From: Candidatus Zambryskiibacteriota bacterium
GTDB lineage: Bacteria; Patescibacteriota; Minisyncoccia; Phycocordibacterales; Zambryskibacteraceae
Direction of reading: 5' to 3'
Assembly (NCBI GenBank): GCA_016180955.1
Contig: JACPAD010000001.1
Location: 75,516-139,515, forward strand
DNA: 64,000 bases
The number at the start of each line of letters is the position of its first letter. Position 1 is the stretch's first letter. A program made the position numbers and the translations under genes. The notes under the pieces are model-generated. The model had not been told where the DNA came from. It did no database searches and worked only from the letters and a program-made list of their open reading frames with translations. Shown here piece by piece: positions 48,521 to 58,073 of the stretch.

Positions 48521-49390
48521 ATGGCAAATAAAGTACTTGTTATTCTCGGCCCTACAGCATCCGGAAAAAGCGATTTGGCAGTGCGACTCGCGAAGAAATT
48601 CAAAGGTGAGGTGATTTCCGCCGATTCGCGGCAAGTTTACAGAGGGCTAAACATAGGCACGGGCAAAATTACCAAGAAAGAAATGCAAGGTGTTCCCCAC
48701 TATCTCCTGGATGTAGCGAATCCGAAAAAGCAATTTTCTGCCAGTGATTTTGTGAAAAAGGCCAATGAGGCAATTGCTATGATATATCATAGCGGTCACT
48801 TGCCGATTGTCGTGGGTGGTACGGGATTTTATATAGATGCCCTGGCTGGAAATATTTTTCTACCAGATGTGCCTCCGAATAAAAAGTTACGGACAAAGTT
48901 AAGTAAAAAGTCCAACAAAGCACTCTTTAAAATGCTTCAGAAAAAAGATCCGCGGCGAGCAAAAACTATAGACTTCAACAACAAAGTGCGTCTAATACGA
49001 GCCCTCGAAATTGTAAAAGCTATAGGAAAAATCCCCCAACTTGGAAGCTCAACCTCCAAGTCTATATACAGCTTCATTTTTATCGGACTTAAACCGGATA
49101 ATTTAAAAAATCGGATAGAAAAGAGAGTCAAAAAAATGTTTAAACAAGGACTTCTGAAAGAAATCATAAAGCTGAAGAAATCAGGGGTCTCAAATAAAAG
49201 ATTGAAAGAACTCGGCTTTGAATATTGGAATCCGACTGAAGAAAGTGTCATCAAAAATAGCATTAAGTACGCCAAGCGGCAGATGACCTGGTTTAAGAGA
49301 AATAAGCAAATTAAATGGTTTACCTTGAGCGCAATCGAAGGATTTAAGCCGGAAGAATACAAGAAAATAGAGAAATATGTTAGGGTGTGA
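48521..49390 (+). CDS. miaA: tRNA dimethylallyltransferase MiaA (the ORF-track start at 48440 lies inside the tRNA; trimmed to ATG at 48521)
   Basis: P-loop LGPTASGKSDLAV and the ADSRQVYRGLNIGT motif. Confidence 0.85.
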   Translation: MANKVLVILGPTASGKSDLAVRLAKKFKGEVISADSRQVYRGLNIGTGKITKKEMQGVPHYLLDVANPKKQFSASDFVKKANEAIAMIYHSGHLPIVVGGTGFYIDALAGNIFLPDVPPNKKLRTKLSKKSNKALFKMLQKKDPRRAKTIDFNNKVRLIRALEIVKAIGKIPQLGSSTSKSIYSFIFIGLKPDNLKNRIEKRVKKMFKQGLLKEIIKLKKSGVSNKRLKELGFEYWNPTEESVIKNSIKYAKRQMTWFKRNKQIKWFTLSAIEGFKPEEYKKIEKYVRV

Positions 49391-49408
49391 AGAGAAACGG
49401 AGGGCTCG

Positions 49409-49924
49409 GTGAACAGTGAAGAAAAAGACCTCAAGAACGGCGCGAACCTTATTGTGCTCGACGAGCACGAGAAGATTCTCGTCGTGAAAGAAAAAACCCG
49501 CAAGCAGAAATGGCTACTCCCCGGAGGCGAGGTAGAGCGCGGCGAATCACCGCGGCACGCGGCACAGTCTGAAACCGAGGAAGAGACCGGAGTCGTCACA
49601 GACGAGGCCGACTTTCTCCTCATCGGTGCCTTTGTTCAACGACCAAAAGGCGTCGTCTTCTTGTACGAAACGCGCCACGTCAAAAGCGGGATCCATGTTT
49701 CGCCCGACAGTACCGAAGCAGAGAAGGCCGAGTACATGAGCTTCGAGGAAGTCATAGAGATAGGAGAGGACGGGTTCAGAACTGCCTATCTGCGAATGAT
49801 TTTGCGCTGGAAACGGTGCCAGCTCGGAATCGACAAGATCCCGTACGAAGGCCGCCTTAGCGATCGGGTAGAATTTCCGCGACACCTTATCGGAAACTAT
49901 TCCGACATTGTTCTTACCGTCTAG
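49409..49924 (+). CDS. NUDIX hydrolase
   Basis: Nudix box LPGGEVERGESPRHAAQSETEEETG. Confidence 0.7.
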   Translation: MNSEEKDLKNGANLIVLDEHEKILVVKEKTRKQKWLLPGGEVERGESPRHAAQSETEEETGVVTDEADFLLIGAFVQRPKGVVFLYETRHVKSGIHVSPDSTEAEKAEYMSFEEVIEIGEDGFRTAYLRMILRWKRCQLGIDKIPYEGRLSDRVEFPRHLIGNYSDIVLTV

Positions 49925-49991
49925 GGGAAGGCAATAGCCTTCCCCTACTCTTTTTATTGCCAGAATTTCCATAACAAATTAAAATTATCAG

Positions 49992-50669
49992 GTGAAAGCA
50001 ATAATTCTCGCAGCTGGAGTTGGAAGCAGATTACATCCTCTGACCCAAGAAACCCCGAAAACGCTTATAGAAATAAGCGGCAAGCCGATAGTTGAAAGAA
50101 TTTTTGAATCTTTGCCGGAGGAAATCGATGAGGTTGTTCTCGTCGTCGAGCACCTGAAAGAGAGAGTAAAAGCACATCTCGGCAACAACTTTAACAACAG
50201 GAAAATTATTTACGTTAATCAGGGTGATAAAAAGGGCACTTTCGGCGCGTTACTTTCTGCGAGAGAATTTGTAAATGACGATGAATTTTTTCTGGTTCTC
50301 AACGGTGATGACCTGCACAGTAAAAACGAGCTCAGCCAATTTCTAAACAATGGCAGAGCTTTAGGAGTACAGAGAGCAGTAATGCCAAATTACTATTCTG
50401 TAGTAGTAAACAGCGTTAGTTTCGTGGAAAAATTTCGGCCACAGACAGAAAAAGAAAAAATATTCGGGACACTTATAGCAACGGGAGTGTATGTACTAGA
50501 TTCAGAAATTTTCAAGCAGCCGGGTGTCGTAGTCTATGGCGGTGAATACGGCCTGCCGCAGACAATACTCGCCCAGAAAGACGACTTCCCCATCAAAGCA
50601 ATTGTGACTGAGAAATGGGTTCCGATAAACTCATTTGCTGATATCGAAAGAGCTAATAAACTGTGGTAG
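49992..50669 (+). CDS. Sugar-phosphate nucleotidyltransferase (GlmU/RmlA-like N-terminal fold)
   Basis: MKAIILAAGVGSRLHPLT matches the G-x-G-x-R-L nucleotidyltransferase signature. Confidence 0.7.
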   Translation: MKAIILAAGVGSRLHPLTQETPKTLIEISGKPIVERIFESLPEEIDEVVLVVEHLKERVKAHLGNNFNNRKIIYVNQGDKKGTFGALLSAREFVNDDEFFLVLNGDDLHSKNELSQFLNNGRALGVQRAVMPNYYSVVVNSVSFVEKFRPQTEKEKIFGTLIATGVYVLDSEIFKQPGVVVYGGEYGLPQTILAQKDDFPIKAIVTEKWVPINSFADIERANKLW

Positions 50670-50682
50670 GATGGCCCTGTTT

Positions 50683-50753
50683 GGGCGATTAGTTAAGTGG
50701 CATAACTTCGGTCTCCAAAACCGATGTCGGGGGTTCGATTCCCTCATCGCCCG
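50683..50753 (+). tRNA. tRNA-Trp (anticodon CCA)
   Basis: GGGCGAT / anticodon stem TCGGT, loop CTCCAAA / GGGGG-TTCGATT-CCCTC / ATCGCCC-G. Confidence 0.8.
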
Positions 50754-50823
50754 CCTTCGCTCGCCGAAGCTCGCCAGAGCGTAGTCGAGCTTCGCCATAG
50801 CTTCGGCGTGACACAGCCCGCTT

Positions 50824-50997
50824 TTACGCCTTTTTCTCTTTGTAAATCGTGTGTTTGCGAATCAGAGGGTTGTACTTTTTAAATTCGAGTTTTCTCTCAA
50901 CGGACTTTTTATTCTTACGCGAATAATAAGTGTGGCCACGGCCTGCCCCCATATCGTCTCCTACCGAGACGAGCTTGATGAGATGAATCTGTGACAT
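50824..50997 (-). CDS. rpmG: 50S ribosomal protein L33 (57 aa; missed by the ORF track)
   Basis: Translation MSQIHLIKLVSVGDDMGAGRGHTYYSRKNKKSVERKLEFKKYNPLIRKHTIYKEKKA. The ...RKNKK...KLELKKY.P..RKHT..KE.K core matches L33. Confidence 0.65.
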   Translation of the reverse strand: MSQIHLIKLVSVGDDMGAGRGHTYYSRKNKKSVERKLEFKKYNPLIRKHTIYKEKKA

Positions 50998-51773
50998 CCC
51001 AGTTAGACTACCTTAAATCCAGAGTTTTGCAACCTGCTATAAAACAGGTAAAATTGGTGGCGGAAAGGAGTGTGGCCTTGACCATACGCACAGTAAACGA
51101 CCTGATTAGGTCCTTCATGGAAAAGTGTAAGATCGAACGCGGCCAAGGCGGCACATCACTGCCTGCGCCACTGGGAACTTTCCCCATCTACTCGAAGCTC
51201 GTCAGAGTTCTGCGACAAGAAGGATTTCTGATCGAGAGATACCAAGACGGCTCGATAACACTCTCGGACCCCGAACAGAGACTGGTACGCAAGTTCCGTC
51301 CCCGTTCACAGCCGAAATTCTCACACCTCATGACGAGGCCGGAGATTTTCGTCTGGCCGACACCGGCCATGGACTACGAGCAAGAGCGTGTCACTTGTCC
51401 GCTTGTCATCCGTACCTGCGACGGAGAAACCTTCCCGCAGAGCTTCAACACACACATGTGTTGGGCCATCACTGCGGCTTATCCAAAGTGCCACTGGATA
51501 ATCCGCGAGACCAGCCACTCGAAGCTAGTGAGCAAAGAGTGGAGCGAGCTCGGCTTCGGCAAGCTTATTTCTACCTCGAAGCTCTTCGATGAGTTTGCCG
51601 GCGACAACGAGACTCTGCACAGGCTCTCGCGCGCCGGTATCGGGATCTTCAATCCAAACCCGAGCTCGTTCCAGTTCGTCGCCAAGAGAGATATCTCCGA
51701 AGTGCTCGCCTCTTGGTATGAGCAATTCCGTACTTTGCAGTCGAACTTAGAACGCTTCGCAATACAACTCTAG
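50991..51773 (+). CDS. Hypothetical protein (start uncertain)
   Basis: 260 aa, no motif. Followed by a strong terminator. Confidence 0.35.
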   Translation: MTSQLDYLKSRVLQPAIKQVKLVAERSVALTIRTVNDLIRSFMEKCKIERGQGGTSLPAPLGTFPIYSKLVRVLRQEGFLIERYQDGSITLSDPEQRLVRKFRPRSQPKFSHLMTRPEIFVWPTPAMDYEQERVTCPLVIRTCDGETFPQSFNTHMCWAITAAYPKCHWIIRETSHSKLVSKEWSELGFGKLISTSKLFDEFAGDNETLHRLSRAGIGIFNPNPSSFQFVAKRDISEVLASWYEQFRTLQSNLERFAIQL

Positions 51774-51792
51774 GTTCGACTTTTCCCGCCCC

Positions 51793-51825
51793 AGCTTCGC
51801 TAACGCGAAGCTGGGGCAAGTTTTT
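51793..51825 (+). terminator. Rho-independent terminator (ccccagcttcgc taac gcgaagctgggg caagttttt)
   Basis: 12-bp perfect stem plus T-run. Confidence 0.6.
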
Positions 51826-51861
51826 GCAAGTGTTGTAATTTTGTATTAAAATATCGCGGTT

Positions 51862-51944
51862 GCGCCGGTCGTATAGCGGCAATTACACCGCGCTGTAAAC
51901 GCGGCGGCCTTTGGCCTACGGGGGTCCGAGTCCCTCCCGGCGCA
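51862..51944 (+). tRNA. tRNA-Tyr (anticodon GUA), long variable arm
   Basis: GCGCCGG / anticodon stem CCGCG, loop CTGTAAA / variable hairpin CGGCCTTTGGCC / T-arm / CCGGCGC-A. Confidence 0.75.
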
Positions 51945-51969
51945 CAAAATTCCTGTGTCTTGTTATAAA

Positions 51970-54645
51970 CTACTTCAAAGCTTCAACTTTTCTCGTCGTG
52001 AGAGTGCTGATACGGCCGGAGTGTTTTGACTTCCTGACATCGAAAGTAAATTGTCCACTATCAACATCAACTGCGATGGTACCGCCAGAGAGCACTTTGT
52101 TTGAAATCATCATCGAGGCGACGGGATTCAAAATCTTTTCCTGTATCAAACGCTTCAACGGCCTTGCGCCGTACTGCGGGTTGTAGCCTTCTTTGGAGAG
52201 AAGCTCTAATACTTCTTCGGTGACGGAGAGCTCGATTTCTTTCTCCTTCATGCGCTCCTTAACGATGTTAATCTGGATTTTAACAATCTCTTTGATTGCC
52301 TCTTTAGAGAGCACGTCGAAGACAATAATGTCATCGAGGCGGTTCAGGAACTCGGGACGGAAGTGGTCCTTCAAGGTTCCAAGTACTTTCTCTTTCACTT
52401 CTCCATAGCTCTCTTTTTCACCCTTGTTGAAGCCAATCGACTGCATCTTGTCGATGTATTGCGCACCAATATTCGAAGTCATAATAATAACCGTGCTTTT
52501 GAAGTTGACCACTCTCCCCTTCGCATCCGTAAGTCTGCCGTTGTCGAGTATCTGCAAAAGGACGTTGAAGACTTCCGGATGTGCCTTCTCAATCTCGTCG
52601 AAGAGGACGACGGAATAAGGTCGATGGCGCACAGACTCCGCGAAAGGCGAGCCTTCTTCGAAACCGACGTAGCCAGGCGGCGAGCCGATCAGTTTCGATA
52701 CCGAGTGCCTCTCCATCATCTCCGACATATCGACACGAATAAGCGCTTTCTCGTCGTCGAACATGAACTCGGCCAGTGCTTTAGTAAGCTCGGTCTTGCC
52801 TACTCCGGTAGGTCCTAGGAATATAAAGGAGCCGATTGGACGGTTCGGGTCGGAAATGCCAGCGCGGCTTCGTTTAACGGTATCAGAAATTTTCCTCACC
52901 GCTTCATCCTGACCGACAATACGTTTCTTCAGAAACTCTTCCATGCGCGAGAGCTTCTCGGCTTCTTCTTCAAGCATCCTTGAGACGGGAATGCCGGTCC
53001 AACGGGAAACCACGTTGGCAATATCCTGCGCTGTAATCTCTTCCTTAAGAATGCGGCGTGAGCTCTGGAGTTTTTTAAGTCGCTTGGACTTTAAATCAAG
53101 TTCGCGGAGAAGTTCCGGCATCTTGCCGTAGCGCAGTTCGGCCGCGCGCGAGAGGTCTGCGCGGGCTTCGGCCGCTTCGGCCTCTAAGCGGGTGGCCTCA
53201 AGACTTTTCTTAATTTCTTTGATTTCGCCAACGGTTTCCTTCTCATTCTTCCACTTCAGTTCAATCTCGGCCGTCTTCTCGCGCAGGTCGGCAATCTCTT
53301 TGTCAATTACTTTTAGACGCGCCTTGACCTTCGGCGACCCTTCTTCTTTTTTAAGCGCTTCCTTTTCTATCTCAAGCTTCATGGTCTTGGAATGAGCGTC
53401 CTGAAGAATCGGCGGCATGTTTTCCAGAGAAATTTTGAGATAAGAAGAAGCTTCATCTATAAGGTCTACCGCTTTGTCTGGCAGAAACCGGTCAGTAATA
53501 TAACGCGAAGAGAGAGTGACTGCGGCCTGAATGGCATCGTCGGTGATGCGCACGCCATGGTAGAGCTCATAGCGTTCTTTGAGGCCGCGCAGAATGGTCA
53601 TGGCGTCCTCGATAGAAGGCTCCTGTACGTAGACCGGCTGGAAACGTCGGGTAAGCGCTGGATCTTTCTCGATATGCTTCTGGTACTCGCGCAAGGTGGT
53701 GGCCCCGATGGCGCGCAGCTCGCCTCTGGCAAGCGGCGGCTTCAGCATGTTGGAGGCGTCCATCGAACCTTCGGCCGCGCCGGCGCCGACTATAGTATGA
53801 ATCTCGTCAATGAAGAGAATGATCTTACCTTCTGATTTCTCAATATCTTTGATGATGTTTTTGAGCCGTTCCTCGAACTCGCCGCGATACTTCGTTCCCG
53901 CGATGAGTAAGCCGAGGTCAAGCGAGACCAGCTCCTTCTCCTTGAGCGACTCGGGAACATTGCCTGAAGCGATACGTAGAGCCAGTCCTTCGGCGATTGC
54001 TGTTTTGCCGACACCAGCTTCACCGATAAGAATAGGATTGTTTTTTGTGCGGCGAGAAAGAATTTGGATGATGCGGGAAATCTCGTCGTCGCGGCCGATG
54101 ACCGGATCGAGTTTGTTGTTCTTGGCAAGCGTTGTGAGCGAGCGAGTGTATTTCGTCAGCGATTTAAATTTCTTGGATTCTTTTGGCCCTTCGGTAGTGG
54201 TTTTCTTAAGCTCTTCGAGCACCTTAACCACTGTCTGGCGATCAATCTTGAATTTGAACAGAAGCTCGCGGGCTTCGCCAGGCACATCAAGGATAGCAAT
54301 GAAGAGATGTTCGGTGGAGACGAATTCATCGCCGAGCGATTGTGCTACTTTACTTGAAGTTTCTATGGCGTGAGCGAGCTCCGGCGTAAGGTAAATCTGA
54401 TAAGAAGGAGAGATTGTTTGACTAGCTTCCGGCTGCTCGATTGAATCGAGCACGGAGTCGGTAAGAAGAATAGTATCGACATCCATCTTATCGAGAATAG
54501 AGATAGCCATCGACTCTTCTTGAAGAAGAAGCGCTGCCAAGAGATGAACGGGACTGACATGATTCTGGCCACGCTCAATAGCCAGCTCATGGGCCTTGCG
54601 GATAACTTCTTTTGCTTTAGTGGTGAAGTGATTAAATGGTTGCAT
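51970..54645 (-). CDS. clpB: ATP-dependent chaperone ClpB
   Basis: Clp N domain. NBD1 GEAGVGKTA. Long middle coiled coil. NBD2 GPTGVGKTE. Confidence 0.9.
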   Translation of the reverse strand: MQPFNHFTTKAKEVIRKAHELAIERGQNHVSPVHLLAALLLQEESMAISILDKMDVDTILLTDSVLDSIEQPEASQTISPSYQIYLTPELAHAIETSSKVAQSLGDEFVSTEHLFIAILDVPGEARELLFKFKIDRQTVVKVLEELKKTTTEGPKESKKFKSLTKYTRSLTTLAKNNKLDPVIGRDDEISRIIQILSRRTKNNPILIGEAGVGKTAIAEGLALRIASGNVPESLKEKELVSLDLGLLIAGTKYRGEFEERLKNIIKDIEKSEGKIILFIDEIHTIVGAGAAEGSMDASNMLKPPLARGELRAIGATTLREYQKHIEKDPALTRRFQPVYVQEPSIEDAMTILRGLKERYELYHGVRITDDAIQAAVTLSSRYITDRFLPDKAVDLIDEASSYLKISLENMPPILQDAHSKTMKLEIEKEALKKEEGSPKVKARLKVIDKEIADLREKTAEIELKWKNEKETVGEIKEIKKSLEATRLEAEAAEARADLSRAAELRYGKMPELLRELDLKSKRLKKLQSSRRILKEEITAQDIANVVSRWTGIPVSRMLEEEAEKLSRMEEFLKKRIVGQDEAVRKISDTVKRSRAGISDPNRPIGSFIFLGPTGVGKTELTKALAEFMFDDEKALIRVDMSEMMERHSVSKLIGSPPGYVGFEEGSPFAESVRHRPYSVVLFDEIEKAHPEVFNVLLQILDNGRLTDAKGRVVNFKSTVIIMTSNIGAQYIDKMQSIGFNKGEKESYGEVKEKVLGTLKDHFRPEFLNRLDDIIVFDVLSKEAIKEIVKIQINIVKERMKEKEIELSVTEEVLELLSKEGYNPQYGARPLKRLIQEKILNPVASMMISNKVLSGGTIAVDVDSGQFTFDVRKSKHSGRISTLTTRKVEALK

Positions 54646-54650
54646 GGGGA

Positions 54651-55634
54651 CTATTTTATCATACTTTGCACCGTCTCACAAAATATTTTTATGGCTATAT
54701 CTATATCTTTTTTTATCGTGGGACGGCCGAAAGAGAAGCGTACCGGCGTATCGGCCGGCTCGGATTTGTTGGACTCGCAAGCAGGCCCGGCAGAGACCGA
54801 CACCCCCTTATGATCGAGTGCCAGTACTAGGTATTCCGGAAGAATGCCAGGTATGAAGACATTAACTATATTTGGAGATATTTGCACCGCTTGAGCGTGC
54901 GGCACGAGCTGAGAAATAGACTCTAAAAAGTCCCGGCTCAAAGAAGACAGACGAATTGCTTCCGCTTCCCTGTCGCGCACGGCAATCTCTAAAGCTTTGG
55001 CAAATCCGGCAATAAGAGGGACTGGCGGCGTGCCAAGCGGGGGTAAATTCAAATAAACGCCTCTTCTTATAACCAAAGCCCCGATACCTTTCGGTCCGTA
55101 GAGTTTGGCTGCGTCGAGCGTAAGAATGTCGCAGGCCAGAGCTTCGAGACTGATATTGAAGTAAGAAGCTGTTTGCGAGGCATCAATATGAAGAAGTGGA
55201 TATGCGGAATTATTTTTTTTCCTCTCCTCGCGAATTTTGCGGCCCAGTTTGTTATCAGTAGCGACACTTGAGATAAGAGTGGTCTTCGAACCACTTATTC
55301 CTTTTGCGGCATCAAAAACAGACGGATGGCATTCCGGCTCAATAATAATCTTGCCGGACACAACGCCTCTTACAGCCAGAATATTTGCTTCTGTGCCTCC
55401 GGAAGTAAAAATTACAGAATCTTTTGCAACTCCCAGGAGTCCGGCAATCTTGGTGCGATATTTTTCAACTTCTTTTTTTACTCTTACTCCTTCTTCATAG
55501 ATAGCATTGGGATTATAAAAATTTTTCGTCCAGTATTTCTCCATCTCACGTTTCACTTCCGGCAAGACCGGCGTCGCCGACGCGTAGTCGAGATAAATCC
55601 TCTTTTTCTTAAATAAATTCTTAAACCAATCCAT
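54651..55634 (-). CDS. Cysteine desulfurase (class V aminotransferase, IscS/NifS-like)
   Basis: 327 aa. [11 protein letters not shown]-terminus and PLP-fold colinearity. Confidence 0.75.
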   Translation of the reverse strand: MDWFKNLFKKKRIYLDYASATPVLPEVKREMEKYWTKNFYNPNAIYEEGVRVKKEVEKYRTKIAGLLGVAKDSVIFTSGGTEANILAVRGVVSGKIIIEPECHPSVFDAAKGISGSKTTLISSVATDNKLGRKIREERKKNNSAYPLLHIDASQTASYFNISLEALACDILTLDAAKLYGPKGIGALVIRRGVYLNLPPLGTPPVPLIAGFAKALEIAVRDREAEAIRLSSLSRDFLESISQLVPHAQAVQISPNIVNVFIPGILPEYLVLALDHKGVSVSAGPACESNKSEPADTPVRFSFGRPTIKKDIDIAIKIFCETVQSMIK

Positions 55635-55694
55635 GCCGACATTCTATATGTCAGAAGTGTTTTTGCAATATATTTGTGATAGTCTAGCAGAGCA

Positions 55695-57179
55695 ATGGAA
55701 ACTCGCCCCCCAGTAGTAGGTATCTTCGGACATATCGACCATGGTAAGTCGACGCTCCTTGATTACATCCGGAAAACCAATGTGACGGAGAAAGAGATCG
55801 GCGGCATCACTCAGCACATCAGCGCTTACGAAGTAATGCATAAGCTCAAAGACGGCCTAGAGAGCAGAATCACTTTCCTCGACACGCCGGGACACGAGGC
55901 CTTCAGTTCGGTCCGTACTCGCGGAGCAAACGTCGCAGACATCGCTATCCTTGTTGTCTCGGCTGAGGACGGAGTAAAACCGCAAACGCTTGAAGTTTAT
56001 AAATACATAAAAGAAAGCTCTCTACCTTACATCGTCGCCATTACAAAAATTGACAAACCTTCAGCCGATATAGAAAGAGCGAAGCAAAATTTAGCAGAAA
56101 ACGGAATTTTCGTGGAGGGTTATGGCGGCGATATCTCTGTCGTCCCTCTTTCTGCCAAAACCGGCCAAGGTGTGGACGAACTGTTGGAAATGCTAACTTT
56201 AACGGCTGGACTTTTAGAATTGAAAGCAGACCCTGAAGAACTTGGCTCCGGAATAATCATCGAAAGTAGGCTCGACCCTAAGCGAGGAATCACGGCAGTT
56301 GGTATTATAAAAAACGGTACTGTGCGCAAGGGATGCTTTGCCGCCTCCAGCGAAGCGATAGCACCGCTTCGCTATCTCTTGGATGCAGGAGGCAATACGG
56401 TTGAAGAGCTTTCCTTCTCGTCTCCAGTGCAAATTGTCGGCTGGGATAAGCTTCCTCGCATCGGATCCGAATTCAAAACATTTTTGAAGAAAGAGGGCGC
56501 CTTTGCGTACGCAAAGACACATGATTTAGGATTTAAGATTAAAGATTCAGAAATAAGAGAAATCGCGGAAGGTGCGGCAATACTGCCGATAATTCTGAAA
56601 GCCGACACAGCCGGTTCACTTGAGGCGATTGAAAATGAGATCAGGAAAGTTTCCCGCGAAAGAATTGTGCCGAAGATTGTTCTCTCAAACGTCGGCGCTA
56701 TTAATGAAAACGATGTGAAGTCTGCCCTGTCTTCAACGAATGCGATAATCTTGGGATTCAATACTAAAGTGGATAATCAGGCAAAAGCGCTTGCCGAACG
56801 CTCCAGTGTCCCGATAGAACTTTTTGATATTATTTACGAACTCACTGACAGAGTTGCGGTGCTTCTCGCCGAACGCGAGCCGAAAATTGAGGTGGAGGAA
56901 GTGACAGGCAGTGCCCGAGTGCTTAAACTCTTCAGCTCTGCGAAGGGTAAACAAGTTATAGGCGCGAGAGTGCTCTCCGGAACACTCTCGCGCGGCGCTA
57001 ATTTAAAGATAGTGCGTCGCGAGACTGAAATTGCCAGCGGAAAAATTAAGGAACTCCAACAAGCCAAAGTGGCAACAGACTCTGTCGGTGAATGGTCGGA
57101 ATTCGGTGCTATGGTAGAGTCAAAAATAGAAATTGTTCCGGGAGATATTCTTGAAGCTTTTACTTTGGTTACAAAGTGA
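55695..57179 (+). CDS. infB: Translation initiation factor IF-2 (short form starting at the G domain)
   Basis: [16 protein letters not shown] (G1), DTPGHEAF (G3), NKID (G4). C-terminal beta-barrel domains. Confidence 0.85.
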   Translation: METRPPVVGIFGHIDHGKSTLLDYIRKTNVTEKEIGGITQHISAYEVMHKLKDGLESRITFLDTPGHEAFSSVRTRGANVADIAILVVSAEDGVKPQTLEVYKYIKESSLPYIVAITKIDKPSADIERAKQNLAENGIFVEGYGGDISVVPLSAKTGQGVDELLEMLTLTAGLLELKADPEELGSGIIIESRLDPKRGITAVGIIKNGTVRKGCFAASSEAIAPLRYLLDAGGNTVEELSFSSPVQIVGWDKLPRIGSEFKTFLKKEGAFAYAKTHDLGFKIKDSEIREIAEGAAILPIILKADTAGSLEAIENEIRKVSRERIVPKIVLSNVGAINENDVKSALSSTNAIILGFNTKVDNQAKALAERSSVPIELFDIIYELTDRVAVLLAEREPKIEVEEVTGSARVLKLFSSAKGKQVIGARVLSGTLSRGANLKIVRRETEIASGKIKELQQAKVATDSVGEWSEFGAMVESKIEIVPGDILEAFTLVTK

Positions 57180-57249
57180 GATTTAGAATTTAAAATTTAG
57201 AATTTTCATTGGAAATTTATTGAAAATTTTAAATTGAAAATTAAAAATT

Positions 57250-57570
57250 ATGAAAGAACTCAAGCGTGAACGAACGGCAGAGATAATACACAGGCTGGCT
57301 GCCAAATTTGTCAGAAATGTTTCGAGTATGGCCTCCCTCATCACCATCACTCGCGTCGAACTTAGCCAAACCGGCAAAGAGTCAAAGATATTTTTCACTA
57401 CTCTGCCTGAATCAGAGGAGGATACGGCGCTTAAATTTTTAGAAAGAAAAATTCCGGAATTTAAAAGATACGTCAGAGACGAATCCCGCCTCGGCTTGGT
57501 ACCGCATATCGACTTCAAAATAGATTATGGGGAAAGAAACCGCCAACGGCTCGACGAGCTCGGCCGTTAA
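57250..57570 (+). CDS. rbfA: Ribosome-binding factor A
   Basis: R..R..E.I...LA....R.....MASLITITRVELSQ...KIFF...PE...LERKIPEFKRYV....LGLVPHIDFKID matches the RbfA KH-like pattern. Sits downstream of infB. Confidence 0.75.
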   Translation: MKELKRERTAEIIHRLAAKFVRNVSSMASLITITRVELSQTGKESKIFFTTLPESEEDTALKFLERKIPEFKRYVRDESRLGLVPHIDFKIDYGERNRQRLDELGR

Positions 57571-57577
57571 AACTTTA

Positions 57578-57648
57578 TGCGGGTAGAGAGAATCGAACTC
57601 TCGCTTCAACCTTGGGAAGGTCGCGTCCTACCACTAAACCATACCCGC
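57578..57648 (-). tRNA. tRNA-Gly (anticodon CCC)
   Basis: RC: GCGGGTA / GTTTAGTGGTAGGAC / anticodon stem CGACC, loop TTCCCAA / GAGAG-TTCGATT-CTCTC / TACCCGC-A. Confidence 0.75.
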
Positions 57649-57656
57649 AAAAACTG

Positions 57657-57739
57657 TGGGTCAGGAGGGAGTCGGACCCTCATCCGCAGAGCGGACAACA
57701 TTTTAAGTGTTGCGCGTATACCTATTCCGCCACTGACCC
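57657..57739 (-). tRNA. tRNA-Leu (anticodon UAA), long variable arm
   Basis: RC: GGGTCAG / TGGCGGAATAGGTATACGC / anticodon stem CAACA, loop CTTAAAA / variable hairpin CCGCTCTGCGG / GAGGG-TCCGACT-CCCTC / CTGACCC-A. Architecture mirrors the Leu-CAA gene. Confidence 0.7.
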
Positions 57740-57771
57740 AAACTCGCCACTTAGTGATAGTATCACTAAGG

Positions 57772-57846
57772 TGGAGGCGTAGAGGGGAATTGAACCCCTG
57801 CATAACGGTTTTGCAGACCGCCGCGTTACCACTTCGCCACTACGCC
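57772..57846 (-). tRNA. tRNA-Cys (anticodon GCA), CCA encoded
   Basis: RC: GGCGTAG / anticodon stem CGGT, loop CTGCAAA / GGGGT-TCAATTC-CCCT / CTACGCC-T-CCA. Confidence 0.75.
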
Positions 57847-57907
57847 GATAAATTTACTTTATCATAATTGATTAATCGGTGCTTTTTTGAAATACTGATT
57901 GTTGTTT

Positions 57908-57980
57908 GCGCCCATAGCTCAGTTGGTAGAGCAGATCCCTCTTAAGGATAAGGTCCGAGGTTCGAGACCTCGTGGGCGCA
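57908..57980 (+). tRNA. tRNA-Lys (anticodon CUU)
   Basis: GCGCCCA / GCTCAGTTGGTAGAGC / anticodon loop CTCTTAA / CGAGG-TTCGAGA-CCTCG / TGGGCGC-A. The first anticodon-stem pair is a G-A mismatch. Confidence 0.65.
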
Positions 57981-57983
57981 CTG

Positions 57984-58063
57984 GGCGGGTGGCGAAATGG
58001 CAGACGCACTTGCTTTAGGAGCAAGCGGGGTAACCCGTGGAGGTTCAAGTCCTCTCCCGCCCA
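57984..58063 (+). tRNA. tRNA-Leu (anticodon UAG), long variable arm
   Basis: GGGCGGG / anticodon stem CTTGC, loop TTTAGGA / variable hairpin CGGGGTAACCCG / GGAGG-TTCAAGT-CCTCT / CCCGCCC-A. Confidence 0.75.
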
Positions 58064-58073
58064 CTTGGAATTT

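Noticed and set aside
51911-52186. 91-aa plus-strand ORF
   Set aside because: Overlaps tRNA-Tyr and the 3' end of clpB. No protein-like features.
57181-57245. AT-rich short direct repeats (atttagaattta...) upstream of rbfA
   Set aside because: Very low complexity and only two imperfect copies. Most likely an AT-rich promoter/UP-element region.
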